Assembly (NCBI GenBank): GCA_951406725.2
Contig: OX597823.1
Span: 73,904,001 to 73,968,000 of the forward strand
Direction: 5' to 3'
DNA length: 64,000 nt
Origin: Octopus vulgaris
Taxonomy: Eukaryota
Shown: in pieces, positions 25,941-38,923 of the stretch
How the letters are laid out: every line of letters starts with the position of its first letter
Position numbering within the stretch: position 1 is the stretch's first letter
Translations under genes and position numbers: made by a program
Notes under the pieces: generated by a model
What the model was told of the DNA's origin: nothing
Database searches by the model: none
Seen by the model: the letters and a program-made list of their open reading frames with translations, nothing else

Positions 25941-26018
25941 GAAGAATTTGAAGATTCCTCAGGAAATGTTGTTGCCAAAAAGGTGTATGATGATCTAAAG
26001 AGACAAGGACTTCTATAA
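25941..26018 (+). CDS. SF3A3: SF3A3 last coding exon with stop
   Basis: Acceptor tttctctatttcag. Translates to EEFEDSSGNVVAKKVYDDLKRQGLL*, the conserved SF3A3 C-terminus. Confidence 0.96.
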   Translation, partial: EEFEDSSGNVVAKKVYDDLKRQGLL

Positions 26019-26026
26019 AAAATTGT

Positions 26027-26032
26027 AATAAA
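26027..26032 (+). promoter_or_regulatory. Candidate polyadenylation signal of SF3A3
   Basis: AATAAA 8 nt after the stop, followed by U/GU-rich sequence. Alternative ATTAAA at 26111 and 26271. Confidence 0.4.
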
Positions 26033-27159
26033 GCGTCCATCTTCTGTTGACTTGTTTCATTTCAAAAAACACAAAACAAAAAACAAACAAAAAAAACCTG
26101 TCATATTTTCATTAAACAAAGTAAAAAAGCAAAACAAAGGATCCATTAAGTTGAAGAGAACATCGGAATATGAAGGTGTATTCTTTTATCACTTAAGACA
26201 CATCATGTAACATCATTAATCTATTTTCTCAACTTGTAAAATTTTTTTTTTTTTTTGTTTCTTTCACTTAATTAAAGAGAATTGAATAATTTTAATGAAT
26301 GTTCAGTTTTATCGATTTCATATCTGGAATTCCTGTTTTCCTTTTTCTGTTCTGTGTTAACTGACTGATGGAACGATTGTTTCCATATCTGCTAGAGGAT
26401 TTATTTGCCTTTTATTTTTTTGTGTGGCACCATTTCAATGATAATCTCAATGATTTCTTACATAAGCCTAAGGACACAAGAATCGGCAAAGTAAATAATT
26501 GAATCAGCCAGTATTATAATGTAACTGGGAGCTATTCAGTTAAACCCTGAAGGAAGAGAAGCTTAATCAACACTAGCACTATTCGAACTGAATGTGTAGA
26601 CAGAAGGAATTATATCCTGTATGATGTCTGGTCCAACAGCCTTACTGTATTTGGTGCTTCAGTGTTTTCCCTGTGCCCTGACATTTTCACAAATGACCGA
26701 AGATGAAGAGCATGGATGATGGCAAAGCTTATTCAAGGCTGTTGCATGATGTCAAACATAAAAACAGAGATACAAGCACACGCGTACATACACGCAACGC
26801 ACCACTCCACGCACGCACACGGGGGTTCTTTTTAATCCCTACTAAATCCACTCACAAGGCTTTGGATGACCCAGCACTATAGTAGAGGACATTTGCCTGA
26901 GGTACAGCATGGTGGGACTGAACCAGCAACTACGTAGTGGCAAGCAAACGTCTTAACCCCACAGCCATGCCTGCGCTTCTTCCTCCCAATCTCTTTGTTT
27001 GTGTGCTTAAACTTGTATAAGAGAAAAGTATGTTGTATTGCTTTCTTTCTCATATAGAAGGTAAACTTAGCCATTTAATAAATAGAAAACGATAACATAA
27101 GTAAAAATGTTAGTTCTAAAATCCCTCTAAGAGATCACAGTAGTCGTACTAACAAGTAG

Positions 27160-27522
27160 TGTTCGTAGCTACTTCAACTTGGCTGTCTATCCGAACAGAC
27201 TTTACTGCGATTTTTTTTTAAGCCCGAGAGCACATCTTTTCTAGCTGGTTAACGAAGCACAGCTGCGTCCGAGATATTGTGTGCAGATGAGAGAAAACCC
27301 CTACCACCTTCTAGCGACGGGACTAGAAGAGAAGCAGAAATAGCCCGAAATCAGGCTGGTCTGCAGATCCCGTCGCTAGAAGGTGGTAGGAGTTCGCTCC
27401 CTTGCTCGCAATATCTCGGATGCAGTTGTGCATCGTTAAACAGCTAGAAGTGATGTCCTTGTGGTTAAAAAATCGCAGTAAAGTCCGTTCGGATGGACAG
27501 CCATGTTGAAGTGTTACAAACA
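27160..27522. mobile_element. Foldback MITE with ~165-bp arms
   Basis: cttcaacttggctgtc...ctaccaccttctagcgacggga is inverted at tcccgtcgctagaaggtggtag...gacagccatgttgaag. Confidence 0.75.
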
Positions 27523-27642
27523 TTATTTAATAACAAAAGTACTAGACCAAAATATGTACTAGTGTTGAAAAAATGATCGACTAAACATTTGAAGTTCGTG
27601 CCCCAGCAATAACTGTAGTCTAATGACTTGAAACAGTATGTA

Positions 27643-28208
27643 TTGGGTTGTCCAGAAAGTTCGTGCCGATTTATAGTAATTTACCTTTTGACTTATTTTA
27701 GAACATGGTTGAGTCCATAAAATAGGATTTGACTACACCTCCATTTAGAGCACAGTTTAAGCTATCTTTTCATGGAAGAAGATTTATGTTCCTATAAACT
27801 GTATTAATTCTATAACCTTTTAAAATGGAAGATAAGAAAGTTCATTTTCGGCACTTGATGCTTTGGGGACCAGACAAAAATTGCTGCAGCTCAGCTGGAA
27901 TGTGTTACCCCATCCTCCATATTCACCAGATATTGCCCCTTCGGATTTCCACTTATTCAGCTCACTGCGGAATAGTCTTAATGGTAAAAATTTCAATTCC
28001 TTGGATGACATAAAAAGATATGTTGATGAACTCTTTGCCATGAAGCCACCTCATTTCTGGGAAGAGGGTATTTTCAAGTTAAAGGAAAGATGGAAAAGCA
28101 TTGTGCAACAAAATGTTTCATATTTGGTTGATTAAAAATGTAATGGCAAGTATTTATTGACCTTTTCCTTTCCTTTAAAAATCGGCACGAACTTTCCGGA
28201 CACCCCAA
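27643..28208 (+). mobile_element. Internally deleted mariner element
   Basis: ~30-bp TIRs ttgggttgtccagaaagttcgtgccgattt / aaatcggcacgaactttccggacaccccaa with TA TSD. MEDKKVHFRHLML is fused to the C-terminus containing HPPYSPDIAPSDFHLF. Confidence 0.92.
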
Positions 28209-28604
28209 TACATTCATATATTTCCACTTCGAATTTTCGCACTTGATTACGTTTTCTGTTATTTTAGTAACTCTTATTTCTTGTCATAAGTATAGTCATA
28301 GCTACTGTCTGTCTATTGGTGGACTCTCTTGTCGCAAACGGCAGGTAAAGGGTCTGCAATTTCTTACTAAACAACCTCTACACATGATTTGTTTATAGTA
28401 ATCAAATGTTTGTGCTGTACATTAGGGCACTCCTTCCATCAGATCGGTATTGCCTGAACAGGTGCATTGGAGTACCACACGTCAGATATTGAAGTGATCA
28501 AAGAGCAGCGTGAAATGAAATGTTTTACTCAAGAACACTATGCACCACCCAGTCTGGGAATCGAAACTATGACTTTGCGATTGCGAGCCTTCATATAGTG
28601 GTGA

Positions 28605-28770
28605 TACGTTCTGAGTTCAAATTCCGCCGAGGTCGATTTTGCCTTTCCTTCTTTCGGGGTCGATAAATTAAGTACTAGTTACGCACTGGGTTGATGTAAT
28701 CGACTTCATCCCTTTGTCTGTCTTTGTTTGTCCCCTCTGTGTTTAGCCCCTTGTGGTTAGTAAAGAAATA
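28605..28770 (+). mobile_element. 5'-truncated SINE A
   Basis: Runs from the B box to the aaagaaatag tail. Confidence 0.85.
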
Positions 28771-28832
28771 GATATATTGATGGTAATCTTGAATTGTTGT
28801 AATTTTATTGACAATTGTGTTGTATCCGCGAA

Positions 28833-29163
28833 GGCGCATGGCTCAGTGGTTAGAGCGTCGAGCTTACGATCGCGAGGTTGTGAGTTCGGATCCCGGACAG
28901 GGCCGCATGTTGTGTTCTTGGGCAAGACACTTTATTTCACGTTGTTACAGTTCACTCAAATGTAGAAATGAGTTGCGACATCACTGGTGCCAAGCTGTAT
29001 CGGCCTTTGCCTTTCCCTTGGATAACATCGGTGGCGTGGAGAGGGGAGGCTGGTATGCATGGGCGACTGCTGGTCTTCCATAAACAACCTTGCCCGGACT
29101 TGTGCCTCGGAGGGTAACTTTCTAGGTTCAATCCCATGGTCATTCATGACCAAAGGGGGTCTC
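28833..29163 (+). mobile_element. SINE family C, full length
   Basis: tRNA head ggcgcatggctcagtggttagagcg...gagttcggatccc. TSD tgttgtatcc. Confidence 0.88.
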
Positions 29164-29202
29164 AGCATGTTGTATCCAAAATGATGGTGCGTTCCATATA
29201 TA

Positions 29203-29433
29203 TATTTCTTTACTACCCACAGGGGGCTAAACACAGAGGGGACAAACAAGGACAGTCAAAGGGATTATGTCGATTACACCGACCCCAGTGCGTAACTGGT
29301 ACTTTATTTATCGACCCCGAAAGGATGAAAGGCAAAGTCGACCTCGGCTGAATTTGAACTCAGAACGTAGAGGTAGACGAAATACTGCTATGCATTTCGC
29401 CCGGCGTGCTAACGTTTCTGCCAGCTCGCCGCC
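29203..29433 (-). mobile_element. SINE family A
   Basis: Full-length reverse-complement match. Confidence 0.88.
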
Positions 29434-29534
29434 TTGTGTGTTCTATATATATATCACGTTTAGAAGACTTAGTGTAACACATCTCTGATATCTCAGTTCC
29501 TATCTTTATGTATGCATGCATACATATAAGAAAA

Positions 29535-29781
29535 GGAGGGGTGAAGGAATGTAAGGAGGTGTGGAGGAATTCAAGGTGTAGAGGAATGCAAGGTGTGGAG
29601 GAATGCAAAGAGGTGTGGAGTAATGCAAGGTGTGGATGAATGCAAGATATGGAGGAATGTAAGGTGTGGAGAAATGCAAGATGTGGAGTAATGCAAGGTG
29701 TGGATGAATGCAAGGAGTTGTGGAGGAATGCAAGGAGGTGTGGAGAAATGCAAGATGTGGAGTAATGCAAGGTGTGGATGA
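29535..29781. repeat. Minisatellite, ~17-20-bp unit GGAGGAATGCAAGGTGT
   Basis: About 13 degenerate units read directly. Confidence 0.9.
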
Positions 29782-31129
29782 GTAGTCGTGTTTCTGTGAT
29801 TTTTCAAAATGCTTCCTGTAATAGGAATCAATAAGAGTGCTCAACATACTAACGTTTAAAGCTTTATAGACAATCTGAATCACAAAAGATTTTGAAGTGC
29901 TCGTGCATGTTTGTGAATGCATGTGCGCCGGTGCCCGATTCGTCATGACCTTCAGTCAGCAGCTCGAATGGAAACTGGTGTCCGTGTTTGTGCTTTCCTT
30001 GTATATATATCACTTGCTCTCTGATTAATCTTTCTACTGTTTAATCGTTACGCAATGCGGATAATTTACACCCCTCCACACACAGTTATATCACTGAGAC
30101 ATATTTTGTGTTTCTGCAAACTGGTCGACTTAGTAAGGAATCTTTCACCACGAGTTTCATCAGCTGAAATCAAATAAAGTTCAGCTAAGCAAGTGTTTGA
30201 AAATAATGTCCGAAAGTATCAGATTTGAGAGAAATTCCATTGAAATTCAGGCCTTCTTACACTGAAGTACATCAACAACGTTTGTGACGGCTGCATATCG
30301 AACTATCAATTTCAAAAGTATTTTAAAGAAATATATTCTGGTGTAGTAGTCTATGAGAGTGGTCACGTGAACAGACTGAATCAGAAAACAGTTTGAGGCA
30401 TCTATCTGTCTGTCTGTCTGTCTGTCTAAAACACCGTGCCCCTCGTGTATATACCTGTGTGGAAGTATAAAGAAACATGACAAACGGCAGTCACCCGCAA
30501 TCAAGGATGACTTGGAAGCAGGCACCATGCTTCCGTTGATTATTTTTGGAGCCTAAGGTAGTCGCGAGAGAAATACAAACTGCCTCTCAGCCTTTCCATC
30601 CATGTCCTAGTGGGACATCCAGGAGGAGTTAGTTGCATGAGTACTGGGTTAGTAGTTCATCTATCGCTCTCTAAAGGATGAAAGATTTAAGTTGATCTCA
30701 ATTGAATTTGAACTCAGACTGTTGACGGCGAAACAAATATCGCGAGGTATACTGGCTGACGCTCCAACGATTCTGCCTATCGTGCACGCACGTCGATCTT
30801 TATCTAATTTTCTTAAGTAGCCAGCATGAGGCATCCAGCTGATCCACTATGAAGAAGCAAAGTAGTTATTACTGACAACTTGGGCGTTGTGGTCCTCTCT
30901 TCTCCCTGTAACCAAACCAAATATAAAACTCAAGAACTGTCAAATAATCAAAATACTGCTCAATCTGCAGTGTAATTCTACCCCCTTTTTTTTCCTGAGC
31001 ATCGTGGATACTGTTCCAAACTGGACCCCATTCATCACCTTCCTACAAATATTCAAGCCCAGTTTCTTGTCCCTCTCTTAGCTACTAACATCTCCCCTCT
31101 TATCTCTCTATACTGTACCTGTCTCACTA

Positions 31130-31307
31130 TATATCAACAACAAGTACTTTTAGTTAATCTAGTTCAAAGTTTCCCCCTCCCCACTCGTCTCATTATTTTG
31201 TGCTCTTTCAATGACCAACAACACTTCGATTATATCTCTCCCTTCGCCAAAAACATCTAACTTCACCCCTTTCTGAAGTCATCGTCCTCGGTGACTTCAA
31301 TATCTAA
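31130..31307 (+). pseudogene. LINE AP-endonuclease fragment
   Basis: FDYIS...SEVIVLGDFNI* contains the GDFN motif (31272-31304). Confidence 0.55.
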
Positions 31308-31619
31308 AACGATGTTGTATAAAGGCTTTTCGTAGTATAGAAGTAGGGGGTGTTAATGCTGTCACGATAGCTCATTGCATCATCTGGAATAACAGAAATA
31401 TATCCATGCAGGGAAAAATATTTTTTGAGAAATTTCGTTTCGACGATTGTTGTCAACCATACATAATGGGTCAAAATAAGGTTGAGTATTACGTATTAAA
31501 TGACTCTTACTAACAAGTATTAGTTAAATAAAACGGCATTCCTCCGTTGAATCATTGGGCGTCTAGATGAAATAGCAAGAAAGAAAATCGATATGCGGCA
31601 TGCTCTTACCATAACTATG

Positions 31620-32115
31620 TTCAATGCCATAAAGATAACCAACGATATGAACACTCCAACGTTGGGCCATATATTTTTTCCTTTTGAAAGGGATTTATTA
31701 AGACTATAGTTAAACTAAAGTGCTTTACTACCTATCGCAACCGTGAAATGTTTATTGAATAAGTGCCCGTAAAACCGTTTAATTGCCCAATAAATAGGCA
31801 AAGCTTCTAAAGCAGTTTATAGATAATCTCTCTTTTTTTTTTTTGGTTTGGAGTCTAAAAGCTTCTAAAGCAGTTTGTTGATAATCCTTTTTTTTTCCTT
31901 GAGAATCTAAAGCCAAAACGATTATCCACAAACTACTTCAGAAGCTTTGCCTATTTATTGAGCCGGTTAACCAGTTTTACAAGTATTCTATTCAACAAAC
32001 ATTTCACTGCTGCGATGGATGGTAAAGCACTTCAGTTTAATTATAGTCTTAATAAATCCTTTTCATTTTCAACATTGGAGTGTTCATATTGGTGGTAATC
32101 TTTATGGCATTGAAC
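31620..32115. repeat. Foldback element with ~200-bp arms
   Basis: ttcaatgccataaagat...caataaataggcaaagcttct is inverted at agaagctttgcctatttattg...atctttatggcattgaa. Confidence 0.8.
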
Positions 32116-32502
32116 CCTCCCCTAAAATTGCTGGTATTGTACCAAAATTTGTAACCATTATTTAGAAACAGACCAGCCTGAATGACTTTAATTGTACAAA
32201 AGAGAAAAAAAAAATCAGATTTCGAAGAAGAATTTAAGAACAGCAAAGGAACAATCGTCGGCCGTCATAAAAAAAGAGGGTGTCTAACAGTACAATGTAT
32301 TGAGATGATTTTTGACGTAATTTTCCAATTTCAGTAACATTTCTGTCGCTCAGCTGCACTTATTGATTTGGTGCCACCAGAATCTGTCAAATCATTTACT
32401 AATTCTATGAGAATTGACAGAAGCTGACTTTGAAGGATTGCCACAAGTGTAATGAATTACGTGTCAATAAAGCTAATGCCAGATTAGAACTATTGTTTCA
32501 GC

Positions 32503-32553
<51 letters not shown>

Positions 32554-32659
32554 ATGTATGTATGTATGTATGTATGTATGTATGTATGTATGCATGCATG
32601 CATGCATGTATGCGTATATGTAAGTATAAGTGTAAACACACTCATATGTATGTATGGAT

Positions 32660-32691
<32 letters not shown>

Positions 32692-32782
32692 TATTCAAAG
32701 AAATTCAAACCTTGTCTGATTTTCACATTTTATTTACAATTTTATAATAATATAATATAATATAGTATAATATAAGATAATA

Positions 32783-33179
32783 TCTTTATATATAAAAGTG
32801 AGGTTGTGTGCTGTCTGTCTCCTACGATTTAGATTCCTAACTACTCCCACATTTTGCGGTGCAGTTTAACCAAAACCGGGTATCTTATAGTCGTGATTCA
32901 TATCGAGCCCTTCTGGGTATGAGGGCGCGTCTACGATGAGTCTACGGTTTAAAAAAAAAATTTACCATCAATTTTTCCCATTTTTAATGCATTTTTGGCA
33001 TATATAAGGGAAGTAACTCTCTAAAAAATTATTATTAAATCTCAGAACGTAAAAAGCTACAGTAACACCCACCCTTTGTGGTTAGCCATATTGAGATGGC
33101 TATTATACTTTACATCTCTAAAAATGCTTATATAGTTATTTTCCTTACAAACCCGAGCAACGCCGGGCGATACTGCTAG
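32783..33179 (+). mobile_element. Non-autonomous Helitron
   Basis: A^TCTTTATATATAAA start, cccgagcaacgccggg hairpin, CTAG^T end. Confidence 0.88.
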
Positions 33180-33317
33180 TAATATAATAAAATGATAGAA
33201 TATTGAATGTCCATTCTGATTGAACTAGTACTTTCATGCATTAAACTATGCAATCTTCAGGTTCATGTAGTTATGTTTTACAATTTACAATTGTTGTTTA
33301 ATTGTTTTCCATACTTA

Positions 33318-33353
33318 CAGTTGAAAAAGTTTCAATGACTGAAACCGGTACTG
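33318..33353 (+). ncRNA. Minimal type I hammerhead-like motif, U3-A8 core variant
   Basis: CAG-TTGAAAA-AGT(ttcaatg)ACT-GAA-ACCGGT-A-CTG: stem I CAG/CTG, palindromic stem III, GUA site. Confidence 0.6.
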
Positions 33354-33481
33354 AAATATATTTTATAAAATTATTTTAGCATCTTCGACCTTGACTTTTT
33401 TTCCATATATATATATATAATATATGTATGTATATATGTTTGTCTGTCTGTATGTATGGATGAATGTATATATATATACAT

Positions 33482-33720
33482 ATTTCGTTTTTTGATTTGG
33501 TTTGCAAGATTCTTTATATGAGTTCGTGTGTTGAAGCATATTATGTTGTGTCTGGGGAGAGTCATTCTCTTTTAGTGCCTTATTATTTAACACACTCACC
33601 TTAAAGGTTGCAAGACGCAAAGAAAATTTTAGAAAATAAAAATAAGAAATAAGTGGAAATTTTACCGGTGAGTGTGTTAAATAAAAAGGTACTAAAAGAG
33701 AATGACTCTCCCCAGACACA
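33482..33720. mobile_element. Foldback copy of repeat family X
   Basis: tgtctggggagagtcattctcttttagt...taacacactcacc is inverted at ggtgagtgtgttaa...gactctccccagaca. Confidence 0.7.
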
Positions 33721-34686
33721 ACAGTATATACACATATTTATACACTTATATATATGTCTTATATAATGAAACAGAGTTTGTGTGTGTGCGCGCGTATGTA
33801 TGTATGTTGCCAATTTTCACGTATGAAGTGTCAAAAGATTCAGTAATCTTTCGGCTGCCAAGTAAAGTATGTTTTTGATACAACTCTTTTTTACCACTAA
33901 AATGGATGCTTTGTTCATCTATATTACTACTACAGGACTCCGTCTGTTACGAAGACGAGGGTTCCAGTTGATCCAATCAACGGAACAACCTGCTCGTGAA
34001 ATTGAGCATTTCACAGACACGTGTTCTCCTAGCGTAGTTTTGGGGGAGATTCAACGTGACACAGAATATGAGAAGGCTGACCATTTGAAATACAGGTACA
34101 ACAGAAACAGAAAGAGAAAGTTGTGACACACAAACAGACAGTGTATATACTCACACATTTTTTCATACATACATACGTTTTTGTTCACACACACACACAC
34201 ACAGAGGCGCTCTCAAGTACACATAGACACATTAACATCAAACACACGCGTTTGCTCATACGTGTGACGCGCCTATGTCCACACATATACATGCACTCAT
34301 TAGCTTCTTACACACACACACACACACATGCCTGCAGGCGCGTGCGCCAGCATGCACACTGACATTTATCTCAGGTCACTGTTGTCTCCCTTGACACCCC
34401 TCAAACCAGCTACATTGACCGTTTACGTAATATAGGTAAGTTCTTTTTCTCTCCCTATCTTTTTTTTCCCTCCTCATCTATCTGTTTTTGTAGAAGAGCA
34501 TAGACTCGAAATGCTAAAGTCTTTCAACAATCTCTCCCTCCTCCAGCTGACAGTTTTTTGTACTTTTTTCGTTACGAAAAATACACCTTTTGTGGCAGTT
34601 ATAACGAAATTGCTTTCTTATAGTACAGTAATAAAGCATTTCAACCCCCGGGAATTACCGGGTACACCAGCTAGTGTACACACACA

Positions 34687-35061
<375 letters not shown>

Positions 35062-35661
35062 CTGTGTGTCTTTGTGCTTGTCAATCTCTTCCCACTCGTG
35101 TTGGTTTGCTTACGTCCCCATAATTTAGTGGTTCGGCAAAAGACACCGATAGAATAAGTACCATTTTACAATCAATAAGTACTGGGGGTTGATCTGTTCG
35201 ACTAAAACAGTTCAAAGCGGTGCCCCCAGCTTGGCCGCAGTCCAATGACTGAAACAAGAAGAAAAAAAAAAACAACAAAAGACAAAAAAAAACAACAAAA
35301 AACAAAAGGATAATATGACGTCAAAGTATTAGTGCTACAAAGGGTTAATCAAACCACCTGCTGAAATAAGTTAATCCATGTGCGCATTTCTACTTTATTA
35401 TCGTATTTCAATATCTAATAATACTATAAGTAATTACATATAAAATACAGGAATTAAATATTTAATTCAATAATAAAATATGTTAAATTGGAAAAATGAA
35501 TAAATTTATAAATGAAACCTGTCGTCTTTGAATGATATTTTTGCAAACGTACATTAAGAAATATGCACAGAAGTATAGAGATTTACATTCACTTTTTTAT
35601 ATATATATACTTGCACTTATGCATATACATACACACAAACACCAACACACATACATATATA

Positions 35662-35715
<54 letters not shown>

Positions 35716-36795
35716 CATAACATATGTACATACACACAAATGCAGATACACACGCACACACTCGCATATATAGATATATATATACATATATTCGCTCGTA
35801 CACACATAGACGCATATATTTACGTATGCATGTTGTTACATATCGTACATACACATATATTAAGATATAATCTCAAGTATTAGCGAAAAGGGAATCACAC
35901 ACACAGACACACGCGCACAGACAGACAGACAGACAGACTGACACAAACACACACACACATGCAGTGTTATGCAAAGAAATAAATAAGCAAATGTATATAT
36001 AATATCATACCCACGTAGTAGTCTATATGAACAGCAATGTAAAAGCAGTGACTCAAGTTTAAGTTCTCATCTTCCTCGTTCTTTAGTGTCACTACTTTAC
36101 TTCACAAAGGTGGAATATATTGAACGCTATAGATGCGTTAAAAAGTTATAATTTTAATACACATTTGAACTTTAACGTTAGTACAACTTGTAAATTTTAT
36201 GCTTGCTCGAAATGACATCAAATTTCCTATTCATTATTAAATCTTTAGCAAAAAATATCGCACATACATCACAAGGCGTTTTATTCCCATTAAAAGATTG
36301 TAGTTTTACAAATAAAAATTCTACTATTTTGCTGTGTGTTTTTATTCTCCTGACTCCAGGTATAAACCGAATGGTGTGTAATTTTTCTTCTATTCAGTTT
36401 CAAAATTGTAGCACTCATTCCCCTCTCCTTTATTATATATACATACATTCGAACGTAGCAGATAACAGCTAACCATTGGTCGCTATTTAGACCCCGTTGT
36501 GTCCACCACTCTGTTTGGTTGGTATTGGCGCAATGCTCTATCGCGCATCAGTAAGTAACCTAGCCAATCGCAGCCTCCAAACAAATTACATGAGATAGTC
36601 TGTCCTCAACCTTAAATTTGAGCCCACTTTTACTAATAAAAACTCAACTTCTCCTTGTTTCGAAGTCTGTTGGTTCTAGACCTTCTAAGGTCTAACCATT
36701 GATCACATGACACAGCCAATTCCAGCGACGACGCCAGATAACACTCGTCCAACAGCATTACAGAGACCTCTATCTTCGTCGCCTGTATATATATA

Positions 36796-37186
36796 CTAGC
36801 AGTATCGCCCGGCGTTGCTCGGATTTGTAAGGGAAATAATTATATAAGCATTTTTAGAGATGTAAAGTATAATAGCCATCTCAATATGGCTAACCACAAA
36901 GGGGGGGTGTTACTGTAGCTTTTTACGTTCTGAGATTTAATAATAAATTTTAGAGAGTTACTTCCCTTATATATTTCAAAAATGGATTAAAAATGGGAAA
37001 AATTGATGGTAATTTTTTTTTAAATCGTAGACTCATCGTAGACGCGTGCTAATACCCAGACGGTCTCGATATGAATCACGACTATAAGATACCCGGTTTT
37101 GGTTAAACTGCACCGCAAAATGTGGGAGTAGTTAGGAATCTAAATCGTAGGAGACAGACACACAACCTCACTTTTATATATAAAGA
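36796..37186 (-). mobile_element. Non-autonomous Helitron (near-identical to 32783-33179)
   Basis: Reverse-complement match with TC and CTAG ends. Confidence 0.88.
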
Positions 37187-37350
37187 TTTCCTCTATTTAC
37201 ATAATATTGAGGTCTCTTTCTTTCTTTTGTTATCTTACTGTTTTTACCAATATACATATATATATATATATATAAATATATATATAGTTACAGAGATGTA
37301 CTTGCATAGCAAGTGACTTGATCTGAGATCGTGTGCTGGAACGAAAACAG

Positions 37351-37609
37351 TTGCAGCGTTGAAGGTGTTTATAAGCCATTTAAGAAACACACAAAAACCG
37401 TTAGATTCACTTCAACATTTAAATTAAATTTGTCAAAATATTTTCGTCGCTTTGAGACCGCGACCTGTTAGCACGATATTTTTGTCAGTGAACAGGTCGC
37501 GGTCTCAAAGCGACGAAAATATTTTGGCAAATTAAATTTAAATGTTGAAGTGAATGTAACGGTTTTTGTGCGTTTCTTAAATGGCTTACAAACACCTTCC
37601 ACGCTGCAA
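37351..37609. repeat. Foldback element containing a hammerhead-like motif
   Basis: 37351-37469 is inverted at 37491-37609. Confidence 0.85.
37482..37530 (+). ncRNA. Minimal type I hammerhead-like motif, G3-C8 core variant
   Basis: TTGTCA-GTGAACA-G-GTCGC(ggtctcaaa)GCGAC-GAA-AATATT-T-TGGCAA. The inverted arm reads TGACAA, a perfect stem I partner. Confidence 0.6.
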
Positions 37610-38370
37610 TATATATATACACACATATATATATATGTATGTATGTATGTGTGTATATGTGTATGCATGTATGTGTGTGTGTGTGCGTGTCTGTGCTTGT
37701 GATTGTCCTCCACCACTGCTTGACAATGAATGTTGGTTTGTTTACATCCCTGTCACCTAGTGGTTTGACAAAGGAAACAGATAGAATAAGTACAATGCTT
37801 ACAAAAATAAAACTGGAGTTGATTCATTAAACTACAATTCTTCAAGGCATTGCCCCAGCATGGCCACAGAGCAATGGCTGGAAAAAGCAGAAGAATAAAA
37901 GAATTGAGGGGGACCTCTACATGGTAGCTAGACCTGGTAGAAATAGCAGCAAAATTTCCCCCAAATCACACCTTACTGTCTTATCTATGTATATATGTAT
38001 GTATGAGCCTATGAGGGAGACCCCTACATGGCAGCTAGACATGGTAGAAATAGCAGCCAAATCTCCCTCAAATCACACCTTACTGTCTTATCTTTCTGCT
38101 ACTTGGATATAGGTGTTATATTCGTCTAAAAAAACTTTCCTGTCACACACTCACGCACACGCACACACACACACACACACACACGCACCGTCACACACAC
38201 ACACACGCGCACACACACACACACACGCGCACACACACACACACGCGCACACACACACACACACGCGCACACACACACACACACACGCACGTTAGCTTAC
38301 AATTTTATTTATATATTTGCGTGTAAGAGGAAGTGGGAGGCAGAGTGAAAGAATCACTCACCACAGTAAG

Positions 38371-38923
38371 TGAATTAGTTTCATTTTATTCGTTGCCCAC
38401 TGTGTGTGTGTGTTTGCGTGTGGTGTAAACCAGACTAAGAAAAGCATTTGACACACACACCAGAATGTGAGTTTTCTGTAAATTTTGCTTAATTGGAGTT
38501 TAAATTTTAAAAACTGGACCTGGCATGACGCGATGCATTGTATTCTCAAAATGCCAGGTAAATTGTAATTGAAGAAATCCTATATTGTAGATTTGTATAA
38601 CTCCCAAAGGGAGGCAGATAAAATCTGCCTTTTATAATAAGAGATATATCTCTTATTATAAAAGGCAGATTTTATCTGCCTCCCTTTGGGAGTTATAGAA
38701 ATCTACAATATAGGATTTCTTCAATTACAATTTACCTAGCATTTTTAAGAGTACAATGCATCGCGTCATGCCAGGTCCAGTTTTTAAAATTTAAACTCCA
38801 ATTAAGCAAAATTTACAGAAAACTCACATTCTGGTGTGTGTGTCAAATGCTTTTCTTAGTCTGGTTTACACCACACGCAAACGCACACACACGGTGTGCT
38901 ACGAATAAAGTGAAACTAATTCA
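38371..38923. repeat. Spacer-less ~550-bp palindrome of two Helitron-like 5' ends
   Basis: Centre gagaTA|TAtctc at 38646/38647. Arms are nearly identical, each starting TCTCTTATTATAAAAGGC. Confidence 0.85.

Noticed and set aside
28833-28910. tRNA gene-like sequences (also at 12377, 60720-60790 and the heads of SINE A/B)
   Set aside because: They continue into multi-copy SINE bodies with TSDs and have no proper acceptor stem.
29800-30540. Open frames in non-repetitive sequence downstream of SF3A3
   Set aside because: No recognisable protein motif and no convincing acceptor/donor pair.
31745-31790. TTGAATA...AAAACCGTT hammerhead-like remnant in the 31620-32115 foldback
   Set aside because: G12 is missing, the 3-8 pair is mismatched and stem II is unclear. 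Too degenerate to call.
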